Assembly (NCBI GenBank): GCA_041891055.1
Contig: CP169074.1
Span: 1,312,001-1,376,000, forward strand
DNA from: Halorutilales archaeon Cl-col2-1
Lineage (GTDB): Archaea; Halobacteriota; Halobacteria; Halobacteriales; Afararchaeaceae
DNA: 64,000 nucleotides
Reading direction: 5' to 3'
Shown: piece by piece, positions 27,984-36,199 of the stretch
Layout of the letters: each line of letters opens with the position of its first letter
Numbering within the stretch: the stretch's first letter is position 1
Made by a program: the position numbers and the translations under genes
The notes under the pieces: generated by a model
What the model was told of the DNA's origin: nothing
The model's input: only the letters and a program-made list of their open reading frames with translations
Database searches by the model: none

Positions 27984-28437
27984 ACTCGTAGACTAAGAGA
28001 TTCTCTCCGCTAAAACGTCTCATCTCGACGACCTCGAATCCTCTTTCTTCGAGAGCTTCACGTAGAGACGCACCCGACTCGGCGACGGCGACACGAACCG
28101 GGGCGTCTTCGTCGTCGGCTACTTCGAGAGGCTCGTCGAGTAGAACCCGAAGAGTATCGTCCTCGCCGTCTCCAACCCCGAGGTGGTGTATAACTACCGA
28201 CTCCGTGTCGGGACGTACCTCGTAGCTGACGTATCCTATTACCTCGTCCTTGCTCTCGTCTTTGTCTTCGTCTTCGTCTTCGGCTTCGACTTTAGTCTCA
28301 GCCACCTTGATACTCCTGTCGTGTACCATGTCCTTGACGGAGTCGACCGATAGGCTTTCGTCGAGGACGTCTTCGGAGGCTATCTCGGCTATGCGTTCGG
28401 CGTCTTCCTCTGTGGCGTCTCTTATACTAATACTCAT
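27973..28437 (-). CDS. GNAT-like hypothetical protein
   Basis: IRDATEED N-terminus, VIGYVSY, LEERGF. Confidence 0.6.
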   Translation of the reverse strand: MSISIRDATEEDAERIAEIASEDVLDESLSVDSVKDMVHDRSIKVAETKVEAEDEDEDKDESKDEVIGYVSYEVRPDTESVVIHHLGVGDGEDDTLRVLLDEPLEVADDEDAPVRVAVAESGASLREALEERGFEVVEMRRFSGENLLVYEFTP

Positions 28438-28852
28438 GGCTCGCATCTATCCTAAGGTTCCGTCTGTGTGTGGCTAACGACTCGACATCGTAGACCTCCT
28501 TTGCGCTCAGGCTCCGGAGACGCCCCCTGTAACGTGTCACGGGTGACACACCGTAAGCCTCTAGGAGATCCTTGAGCTCCGAATGTAACGTGTCGCCGTG
28601 TTCGTCCCAGTCGGTAAGTAGAACCGCGGACGAGTACGACGTCGATATATGTACCGCAGTCTCCGAGAGGCTCCTCCCGTTTCCGCTCACCCGAACGTAG
28701 TCGGCGTCGATACCCAGGTCACGGAGAGCCTCCTCGTCGTTACGCCCCTCTACGACTATGACGGCGTCGTCGGACTCGGCGTTTATCTCGTCGAGGACAG
28801 AGTCGAACCGTCTCAGACGTTCACGGGGCGTCTCCCAGTCCATGCTATACAT
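28427..28852 (-). CDS. Small TOPRIM-domain protein
   Basis: VVEGRND and LLTDWDEHG TOPRIM motifs. Confidence 0.88.
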   Translation of the reverse strand: MYSMDWETPRERLRRFDSVLDEINAESDDAVIVVEGRNDEEALRDLGIDADYVRVSGNGRSLSETAVHISTSYSSAVLLTDWDEHGDTLHSELKDLLEAYGVSPVTRYRGRLRSLSAKEVYDVESLATHRRNLRIDASHEY

Positions 28853-28944
28853 ATGACACAGGGAGTCAAAAGTCTCACGCGTGGCGTCGTGTCGCGCGTT
28901 GACAAGACGAAGAGTTTTTGTCGTTCTGAGACCGAGTCTGAGTA

Positions 28945-29199
28945 ATGCCAGCCGTCGTACGTGAGGAGGACTGTATAGGGTGCACCAAGTGTGAGAAGGT
29001 GTGTCCGGTCGATACCATCGAGATGGTGAAGGGAGACGGCGCTGACCGGGGTAACGGAATGGTGGCTGTCGTAAACGCTGACGGCTGTGTCGGATGTGCG
29101 GAGTGCCTGATTGAGTGCCCCGTCGACTGTATCTACATGGATCACGACGCGGATACGGACGCCGAAGAAGACGTAGACCAAGACTACATAAGTATATAA
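28945..29199 (+). CDS. 2x[4Fe-4S] ferredoxin
   Basis: CIGCTKCEKVCP and CVGCAECLIECP. Confidence 0.92.
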   Translation: MPAVVREEDCIGCTKCEKVCPVDTIEMVKGDGADRGNGMVAVVNADGCVGCAECLIECPVDCIYMDHDADTDAEEDVDQDYISI

Positions 29200-29203
29200 A
29201 AAT

Positions 29204-30403
29204 ATGCGTACAGTAGTAAAGTTCGGAGGAACGAGCGTAGGATCGGGTGAGCGTATAAAGAGAGCCGCCGAGTCAGTCGCCGAGGAGAGGAGGAAGGGTA
29301 ACGAGATAGTCGTAGTCGTCTCGGCGATGGGAGACACGACCGACCATCTCATAGACGAGATGGAGGCTGTCGGGGTAGACGAGTCGGAGGGTGAGGACGC
29401 CAACGAGGTCGTGAGCATGGGGGAACGCACCTCAGTGCGTCTCTTCAAAGCCGCACTCGAAAACCTCGGCGTCGACGCGTCTTTCGTCGAGCCAGGCGAC
29501 GCCAACTGGCCGATTATAACTGACGAGGCGGGGGAGCTAAACGAGGACTCAACTTCGGCAAAAGTCGCAGATCTCGCCGAGTCTCTCGAAGACGAGGTCG
29601 TAGTCGTCTGTGGCTTCTTAGGAGAGACACCCGACGGAAGACTAACGACTCTCGGAAGAGGAGGAAGCGACACCACGGCGATGATACTCGGACGTTACCT
29701 CGACGCCGACGAAGTCGTCATAGTCACAGACGTCGACGGTGTAATGACGGGAGACCCGAGTAGTGTCGAGGGCACGAGTACGATAGACGAGATTACGGTC
29801 AACGAGATGCAGGATCTCTCCCTGAGGGGCGCACAGGTGGTCGCACCGAGCGCTCTGAGATACAAGAGGGATGGAACGGGAGTACGTATAGTCCACCACA
29901 AACACGGCGACCTCAACGCCACGGGAACCGAGATAGTAGGAAGCTCTGACAGCATGCACGAAGTAGATCTACGTGACAGTCCGGTAGCCGCCGTTACGGT
30001 GGCAGGGAGTAATATTCTGGAGACACCCAACCTCTTAGCACGTCTCTCGACGGCGCTGGGTGACGAGGACATAAACATCTTCGGCGTCTCAACGGGAAGC
30101 GACTCGATGTCGTTCTTCGTCGACGAGAACGTCGCCGACGAGGCTGAGTCGATACTCCACGGAGAGGTCACAGACGGTGACAGCCTCTCAAGCGTGACTC
30201 TCCGTGAGGAGATAGCTATGGTCGTGATCACGGGAGGCGAGTTCATAGAGACGCCTGGAGTGATCTACGACGCGATACGCCCCCTCAGAAAGAACGACAT
30301 AAACATAATAGAGCTCCTTTCGAGCGCGACCTCTATAGTTATATTCATCGACTGGGACGAGGGCAAGAGGGTGCGTGACCTCGTAGAGTCAGTCTACGAG
30401 TAA
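29204..30403 (+). CDS. lysC: Aspartate kinase
   Basis: VVKFGGTS, VVSAMGDTTD, LGRGGSD, two ACT domains. Confidence 0.95.
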   Translation: MRTVVKFGGTSVGSGERIKRAAESVAEERRKGNEIVVVVSAMGDTTDHLIDEMEAVGVDESEGEDANEVVSMGERTSVRLFKAALENLGVDASFVEPGDANWPIITDEAGELNEDSTSAKVADLAESLEDEVVVVCGFLGETPDGRLTTLGRGGSDTTAMILGRYLDADEVVIVTDVDGVMTGDPSSVEGTSTIDEITVNEMQDLSLRGAQVVAPSALRYKRDGTGVRIVHHKHGDLNATGTEIVGSSDSMHEVDLRDSPVAAVTVAGSNILETPNLLARLSTALGDEDINIFGVSTGSDSMSFFVDENVADEAESILHGEVTDGDSLSSVTLREEIAMVVITGGEFIETPGVIYDAIRPLRKNDINIIELLSSATSIVIFIDWDEGKRVRDLVESVYE

Positions 30404-30450
30404 ATACAAAGAAGCAGAGACAGAGAAAAGACTACGAGACAACTACCAAA

Positions 30451-31662
30451 GTGATACCGAGACAGAGGATAAACGACCGTACTGTCTTCGCCTCAGTCGT
30501 CTTCGTAGTCCTTCTGGCTCAGGTTCTCCTCTATCCCGGAATAGACAGACTAGTCGAGTCTCTAGGGGCTGAGACACGTCTCAACGCGAGTATGTGGTTC
30601 CTCGTCGCCGAGTTCGCGGCTTTCGTTGTCTTCGCGGCTCCGTGGGGTGCGGCGAGCGACGCAGCGGGCAGACGTGTCCCCTTCATAGTCGTCGGATCAG
30701 TCGGGGGCGCGGTGTCGTATGTTCTGATCGGCGTGGTTCCCAGCAATCTCGATGTCTCGTTCGCTGCTATTCTAGGACTCCGTCTTCTCCAAGGGGCTTT
30801 CACGATAGGTGCTTTCTCTCTCGCTATGACTACTCTGATGGATCTCGAAGGTGGACACGGACGTAACATGGGTGCGGTAGGTGTCGCAGTGGGTCTCGGA
30901 ACGGGACTCGGAGCACCCCTCGGCGGACAGCTGTACGAGGTCGGGACTCTCGTGCCGCTCTACACAGCCGCGGGGCTCTTAGTAGTCGCAGGAGGCTCGA
31001 CCGTCCTAGTCGAAGACACGCAAGACTCGGGGTCTGAGGACGACGGAGACGAAGGAGACGACGACGGTATGAGAGAGATACTCAAGAGCCTCCACGAGAC
31101 ACCGTCGCTCGGAATACCCTACGTCTTCGGCTTCCTAGACAGGATGACTGCGGGCTTCTTCGCCCTCGTTGGAACTCTCTACTTCCGAACCGTCTTTGGT
31201 CTGAGTCCGCTTGAAACCGGTCTAACACTCGGACTCTTCTTCTTCCCATTCGCCGTCCTCCAGTATCCCTTCGGAGTAGTCTCCGACCGGATAGGCAGGG
31301 TCATCCCCGTCGTACTGGGATCTCTTCTCTATGGAGTCGCCGTGATAGGCGTGGGTGCGGCCCCTACGGTGAAGTCGTCACAGGCTACTCTCGTCGTAGT
31401 CGGTATCTTAGGTGCTCTGATGACGCCTGCGACGATGGCACTCGTAACCGACCTCGCGGATGAGACGAGGAGAGGCGTGGCGATGGCAGGCTTCAACATC
31501 GCAGGGAGCATCGGATTCGTCACCGGAATACTCGTCGGAGGCACCGTCGCCGACGAGTACGGATACCTCGAAGCCTTTGTGGTGGCTGGCGGCTTCGAGG
31601 TCATCGTGGCTATCGTCGCTGTCGTACCCCTGCTGAGACTCGACATACCGTCTCCGTCTTAG
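30451..31662 (+). CDS. MFS transporter
   Basis: About 12 TM segments; motif A-like SDAAGRR and SDRIGR. Confidence 0.9.
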   Translation: MIPRQRINDRTVFASVVFVVLLAQVLLYPGIDRLVESLGAETRLNASMWFLVAEFAAFVVFAAPWGAASDAAGRRVPFIVVGSVGGAVSYVLIGVVPSNLDVSFAAILGLRLLQGAFTIGAFSLAMTTLMDLEGGHGRNMGAVGVAVGLGTGLGAPLGGQLYEVGTLVPLYTAAGLLVVAGGSTVLVEDTQDSGSEDDGDEGDDDGMREILKSLHETPSLGIPYVFGFLDRMTAGFFALVGTLYFRTVFGLSPLETGLTLGLFFFPFAVLQYPFGVVSDRIGRVIPVVLGSLLYGVAVIGVGAAPTVKSSQATLVVVGILGALMTPATMALVTDLADETRRGVAMAGFNIAGSIGFVTGILVGGTVADEYGYLEAFVVAGGFEVIVAIVAVVPLLRLDIPSPS

Positions 31663-31679
31663 AATCCAAAACCAAACCG

Positions 31680-33272
31680 GTGAACTACCCCGACCTAATC
31701 GGATTCTTGAGCTACTTCCGTAGCTCTACAATTTCAAGCGAAGCAAAGCTTCGCGTACTCATCGAGAATCTCCGATTTTTCGAGACATTAGGAAGGGGCT
31801 TCCTGCATCTACCACCCTACTTGCAGATACAGTAGTAGTCGAACTACTTGCTGCACCCACAGAGGCAGGAGTGTCCACAGGAGTAACTTCGGCTTGTCCC
31901 AAGCCTAGCTCGTTCAGTCCCCGTTGTAACACGTTACGGCTAGCGTTATAGTCGCGGTCAGCCGTATAGCCACACGAAGGACAGCTATGCTCCCTTACCC
32001 ACAACTCCTTCTCAGTCTCACAACCACACTCAGCACACTCTTTCGTAGTTCCTTGTGGTTCGACTTTAACAAGGTGAGTACCAGCTTTCTCGGCTTTGTA
32101 CTCAAGCATCTCGATAAAGCGTCCCCACGCAGAATGGCTAACGTTCTTATTCCTTGTACTGCTTTCACTCTCCTTCATCTGAGTAATATTCAAATCCTCT
32201 ACGGCTACTACGTCGTAGTTCTCGACGTAGTAGGTAGACAGCTTATGTAAGAAGTCATCACGCTTGTTGCGAATATTTTCGTGTACTTGAGCTAGTTTCT
32301 TACGTTGCTTCTCCCAGTTGTTGCTACCTCTCTCTTTCCGAGAGAGGTTGCGCTGTTCTTTCTTCAGCCTATCAAGCTCTTGGGATACGTCAAGACTACC
32401 TACGCTCAGTTTGTCAGAGTCGAAGACATAGTTAGTGATCCCTACATCTATACCTACGCAGTCTTTTACTTCTATGTCTTCTACGGATGGTTTTCTGGGT
32501 GTACTGTCGAACTCTAGAAGGAAGATACTGTACCAATGACCCGAACTGTAACGCTTGAGTGTAACTTCCTTCACTTCGGCGTTATCGGGTATTTCTCGGT
32601 GGTAACGTATGGGTATCTCACCTATTTTACTCAGGTATAGTTTGTCGAGTCTGTCGTCGGTTTCGATGAGATCGAAACCCGACTGGTTGTATGTGAATGA
32701 CTTGTACCAACCCTTGCCTTTGTAGCGGAGTCTATCGACGGCTTGTGCTTGGTTTTCTATTCCGTCGTCTTCTTCGAGCCGGGAGATGTTACTGTGTAGA
32801 CGGTTGTTGACCATCTGGAGGACTTTCGAGTGAACGTCTTGTAGCTCCGTCCAGTCTTTCTTGAGGTCAGGTAGTTTGTTCTGTTGAGTGGTTTTGTTGA
32901 TGAACGGATTGTCTTTGGCTTCTTCGAGTAAGTGGTTGTAGAGGTTTCTACAGGTGTCGAGCGTCTGTTCCAGACGATCTTTTTGTTTTTCGTCTGGATA
33001 TAGTCGATACCTGTAGGAATGCGTGGTCATTTTGTCTTTACTTCGTGTATATTTCGGTAGTTAGTAAGAAAAAACTTCGGGTGATGGGAAGCTGACCTGA
33101 ATGGTTGTTTTCGTACTCAGACAGCTGTCGTAAAATCTATGATTCTGAGATGAGTGAGACCCAAGATTTACACATATCCACAAATCCGGAGAGTTTGTGA
33201 CTGTATCCCCCACATACTCGCTCACAGCTGACGCCGTTTGCTCCTTGAGGAAGAGGACTTAGCCTCGAAAGA
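31680..33272 (-). mobile_element. IS200/IS605-family tnpB-only element 1 (IS1341-like)
   Basis: Right end GGGGTAGTTCAC (minus strand) ends at 31680; left end shares CTGTATCCCC...GCTCCTTGAGGAAG.GGACTTAGC with element 2; no tnpA. Confidence 0.85.
31759..33030 (-). CDS. tnpB: TnpB RNA-guided endonuclease
   Basis: YRYRLYP, RuvC D (GIDVG), E (VEDL), D (DRDYNA), zinc ribbon CAEC/CPSC. Confidence 0.95.
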   Translation of the reverse strand: MTTHSYRYRLYPDEKQKDRLEQTLDTCRNLYNHLLEEAKDNPFINKTTQQNKLPDLKKDWTELQDVHSKVLQMVNNRLHSNISRLEEDDGIENQAQAVDRLRYKGKGWYKSFTYNQSGFDLIETDDRLDKLYLSKIGEIPIRYHREIPDNAEVKEVTLKRYSSGHWYSIFLLEFDSTPRKPSVEDIEVKDCVGIDVGITNYVFDSDKLSVGSLDVSQELDRLKKEQRNLSRKERGSNNWEKQRKKLAQVHENIRNKRDDFLHKLSTYYVENYDVVAVEDLNITQMKESESSTRNKNVSHSAWGRFIEMLEYKAEKAGTHLVKVEPQGTTKECAECGCETEKELWVREHSCPSCGYTADRDYNASRNVLQRGLNELGLGQAEVTPVDTPASVGAASSSTTTVSASRVVDAGSPFLMSRKIGDSR

Positions 33273-33301
33273 GTTAAACTCGCGTTCTCGCTATGGGTGG
33301 T

Positions 33302-33649
33302 ATGGACTACACGGTTGTTCTCGAAGGGGCGTGGATTGTCGAGGACGTTGATGACATCGACGATGCGCTCTCGGTTGCTGTAAGTGAGGCGGGTAGTCAG
33401 CTCAACGACGCCGGTAAGGAGTACGTCGAGGTCGAACTCGGCTATCTCAACTGTCCCGCGTGTGGAGAGCCCTTCGACTCGGCGTGTGTCTTCGCCAGCA
33501 CAGCGCTAGTGGGTCTCGTCTTCGAGATAGACGTCTATAACGTCGACTCGGAGGATCACGCTCGGAAGATAGCCAAGAAAGAGGTGGGTCAGGCTGTCTC
33601 AGGAGTTCCCCTCGAAGTCGTCGACGTAGTCGAGAAAGAAGAGGAGTAA
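33302..33649 (+). CDS. UPF0212/DUF555 family protein
   Basis: AWIV.DV...DDA...A.SEAG, CPACGEPFDS, ALVGL; leaderless ATG 33302 (alternative 33293). Confidence 0.8.
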   Translation: MDYTVVLEGAWIVEDVDDIDDALSVAVSEAGSQLNDAGKEYVEVELGYLNCPACGEPFDSACVFASTALVGLVFEIDVYNVDSEDHARKIAKKEVGQAVSGVPLEVVDVVEKEEE

Positions 33650-33685
33650 CCGAGACACGAAGACAGAATTGAGTGGAGAAAGACA

Positions 33686-35362
33686 GTGAGAAAGGTCTCC
33701 GGTACGTATACACATCTGACTCTCTTTTTACTCCTAGCTGGTATCCTCGTAGCCGGACTGCCCGCCGGTGTCTCGGCGTCACCTGAGGTGGTCGAAGTCT
33801 ATCCAGATACCTATGCAGACGGCGACGCGGGCGAGTACGTGGGCATAGACACCGACGGAACGAACCTGACGGACTGGAGTGTCACCGATGGCGAGGACAC
33901 CGTGAGACTCCGTGCACGAGATTACGAAGACGAGGATCGCCTTTACCTAGGGAGTGAGAACGCACAGCGCGAGGCAGGGGTCGATACCGACGCCGGTCTG
34001 GGTCTCGCTCTCGCCAACTCGGGCGACGAGGTACGTCTTGTGAACCCCGAAGGAGAAGCCGTCGACGAGGTTGTATACGGCGAAGACAAGAGGCTCGATC
34101 CGAACGAGGGCGACATACTGGTCAAGGAAGACGGGGATTGGGAGATACGTACTCTCGGAGCCACGGATTTCGAGTACGCCGACTTCGACGCAGACTCAGT
34201 CACCGGGTTCGTCGCACCTGACTCGTCGGCTGAAGCAGTCTCGCGCGTGATAGAGTCAGCCGACGAACGGATTCTCGTCAGCGGATACGAGTTCGACAGC
34301 GAGTACATCGCTCGCCTACTCACAGAAGCCGAGGAAAAGGGCGTCGAAGTCGAGGTCTTAGTCGAGGGGTCACCAGCGGGCGGCTTTGAATCCGACGACT
34401 CGGAGGTTCTGGGTAGTCTGTCATCCGACGGAATAGAGGTCGACGTAGTCGAGGGCGACAGGAAGAGGTACAGGTTCGTCCACGCTAAGTACATAGTCGT
34501 CGACTCCGAGCGCGCCGTTGTGACCTCGGAGAACTGGGTAAGTCACTCAGTCTCGCCCGAAGCGACGGGTCCGAGAGGCTGGGGTATCGTGGTCGAGGAT
34601 GATGAGGTTGCCGGTACACTCAGTCGTGTCTTCCGTAACGACACCGACGAGGACTGGTACTCTGTCAAAAACTGGTCGGAGTCGTCACCGAGCCGTATTG
34701 AAGGAACAGTCGAGGAAGGAGAAAACTCCGAGTACGAGTCTCCGAGAACCGACTTCGGCACCGAGACATTCGACGACGCCGATGTAGGAGTCGTTCTCTC
34801 GCCCGACTCGTCGGTCGACCCCGTCGTAGAGATGATCGACTCAGCCGACGAGACTGTTTACGTGCAGCAAGCGTACATACGTGACCCCGAGACGAATCCC
34901 TATCTGAACCAGGTCGTCGAAGAGGCGCGCGAGGGGACACAGGTACGTGTCCTCCTTGACGGGAGATGGTTCACGCGCGAGGAAAACTCGGAGATAGCCG
35001 ACAGGCTCAACTCGATAGGCGACGAGGACGGCGTCGACATAGAGGCGCGCGTCTCCGAAACACCGGTACACAACAAGGGCGTAGTCGTAGACGGAGAGGA
35101 GGTTCTGGTTTCGAGTATCAACTGGAACCTCAACTCGATAAACAACAACAGGGAGGTCGGCGTGATAGTCGACGACAACGAGACGGCTTCCTACTTCGAG
35201 ACGGTATTCGAGTCCGACTGGGAGACAAGCGAGGACACGAGGACAAGTCCCCGCAGCGGAACGGTACCGGGTCTCGTACGCCCGAATATCGTCGAGATAC
35301 TCCTCATCCTCATAACCGCGGGTATCTCCATCTGGCTGGGTCTGAAGTACGTCTACGACTAG
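33686..35362 (+). CDS. Secreted phospholipase D-like protein with lamin-tail domain
   Basis: Signal peptide, LTD-like (EVYP...EYV...LANSGD), two HKD motifs (HAKYIVVD, HNKGVVVD), C-terminal TM. Confidence 0.88.
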   Translation: MRKVSGTYTHLTLFLLLAGILVAGLPAGVSASPEVVEVYPDTYADGDAGEYVGIDTDGTNLTDWSVTDGEDTVRLRARDYEDEDRLYLGSENAQREAGVDTDAGLGLALANSGDEVRLVNPEGEAVDEVVYGEDKRLDPNEGDILVKEDGDWEIRTLGATDFEYADFDADSVTGFVAPDSSAEAVSRVIESADERILVSGYEFDSEYIARLLTEAEEKGVEVEVLVEGSPAGGFESDDSEVLGSLSSDGIEVDVVEGDRKRYRFVHAKYIVVDSERAVVTSENWVSHSVSPEATGPRGWGIVVEDDEVAGTLSRVFRNDTDEDWYSVKNWSESSPSRIEGTVEEGENSEYESPRTDFGTETFDDADVGVVLSPDSSVDPVVEMIDSADETVYVQQAYIRDPETNPYLNQVVEEAREGTQVRVLLDGRWFTREENSEIADRLNSIGDEDGVDIEARVSETPVHNKGVVVDGEEVLVSSINWNLNSINNNREVGVIVDDNETASYFETVFESDWETSEDTRTSPRSGTVPGLVRPNIVEILLILITAGISIWLGLKYVYD

Positions 35363-36156
35363 TTCCTTCCGAACCCGGGGTACGGCGGCGGCGACCTCTT
35401 GTGTACCGAAGTCTCGTACATCTTCTCAAACCTCTCGACAGTCTCGACGTCTACATCTACCTCATCGGCTGTCTCCCCGACGGATAGACCTCTGTCAACG
35501 AGACATCTCAGGACGTCGTCTATGGTGTCGTAGGTCGCGCCTAGCTCCGACTCGTCTGTCTGTCCCTCCCAGAGACCCGCTGTGGGTGTCTTCTCGACGA
35601 ACTGTTCGTCGATCCCGAGATGGCGCGCGACGTCTCTGACCTCCGACTTATAGAGACCTCCGAGTGGGAGTATGTCGACGGCTCCGTCGCCGTACTTCGT
35701 GAAGTAGCCTATCAGAAGCTCAGTCCGGTTCCCCGTTCCGAGGACGAGGAGATTCCTCTGGTTCGCCTCAAGGTACTCGAAGACCATACGTGACCTCGCA
35801 CGGACGTTTCCGACCGCCTCCTTCTTCGGCTCGTACTCGACTGAGTCGACGAACTCGTCGACTACGGGCTCTATCTGAATCTCCTTCTTTTCTATACCGA
35901 GGCTGTCAGCTATCGAGTGTGCGTCCTTGACGTTGTGTTCCTCGCTAGGCTCGCCGGGCATCACCATCCCGACTACTTTTTCACTTCCGAGAGCCTCGAC
36001 AGCCACAGCCGCCGACGCAGTCGAGTCTATGCCTCCGCTGAGCCCGACCACGACGCCGTCGGCTCCCGCCTCGTCGACCTTGCGCGTGACGAAGTCGGTT
36101 ACTGTGTCGACCGCCTCGGCGGTGTCGGTACTCGGTGTCTCTGTCTCTGTCTCCAT
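35359..36156 (-). CDS. nadE: NH3-dependent NAD+ synthetase
   Basis: GLSGGIDS, GNVRAR, GYFTKYGDG, PTAGLWEGQTDE. Confidence 0.96.
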   Translation of the reverse strand: METETETPSTDTAEAVDTVTDFVTRKVDEAGADGVVVGLSGGIDSTASAAVAVEALGSEKVVGMVMPGEPSEEHNVKDAHSIADSLGIEKKEIQIEPVVDEFVDSVEYEPKKEAVGNVRARSRMVFEYLEANQRNLLVLGTGNRTELLIGYFTKYGDGAVDILPLGGLYKSEVRDVARHLGIDEQFVEKTPTAGLWEGQTDESELGATYDTIDDVLRCLVDRGLSVGETADEVDVDVETVERFEKMYETSVHKRSPPPYPGFGRN

Positions 36157-36199
36157 GATACGACATGGATCTCAGCGTATATAATATATTGTCTCTGTC

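Noticed and set aside
33031-33200. tnpA remnant in element 1
   Set aside because: No HUH or catalytic Tyr motif recognised.
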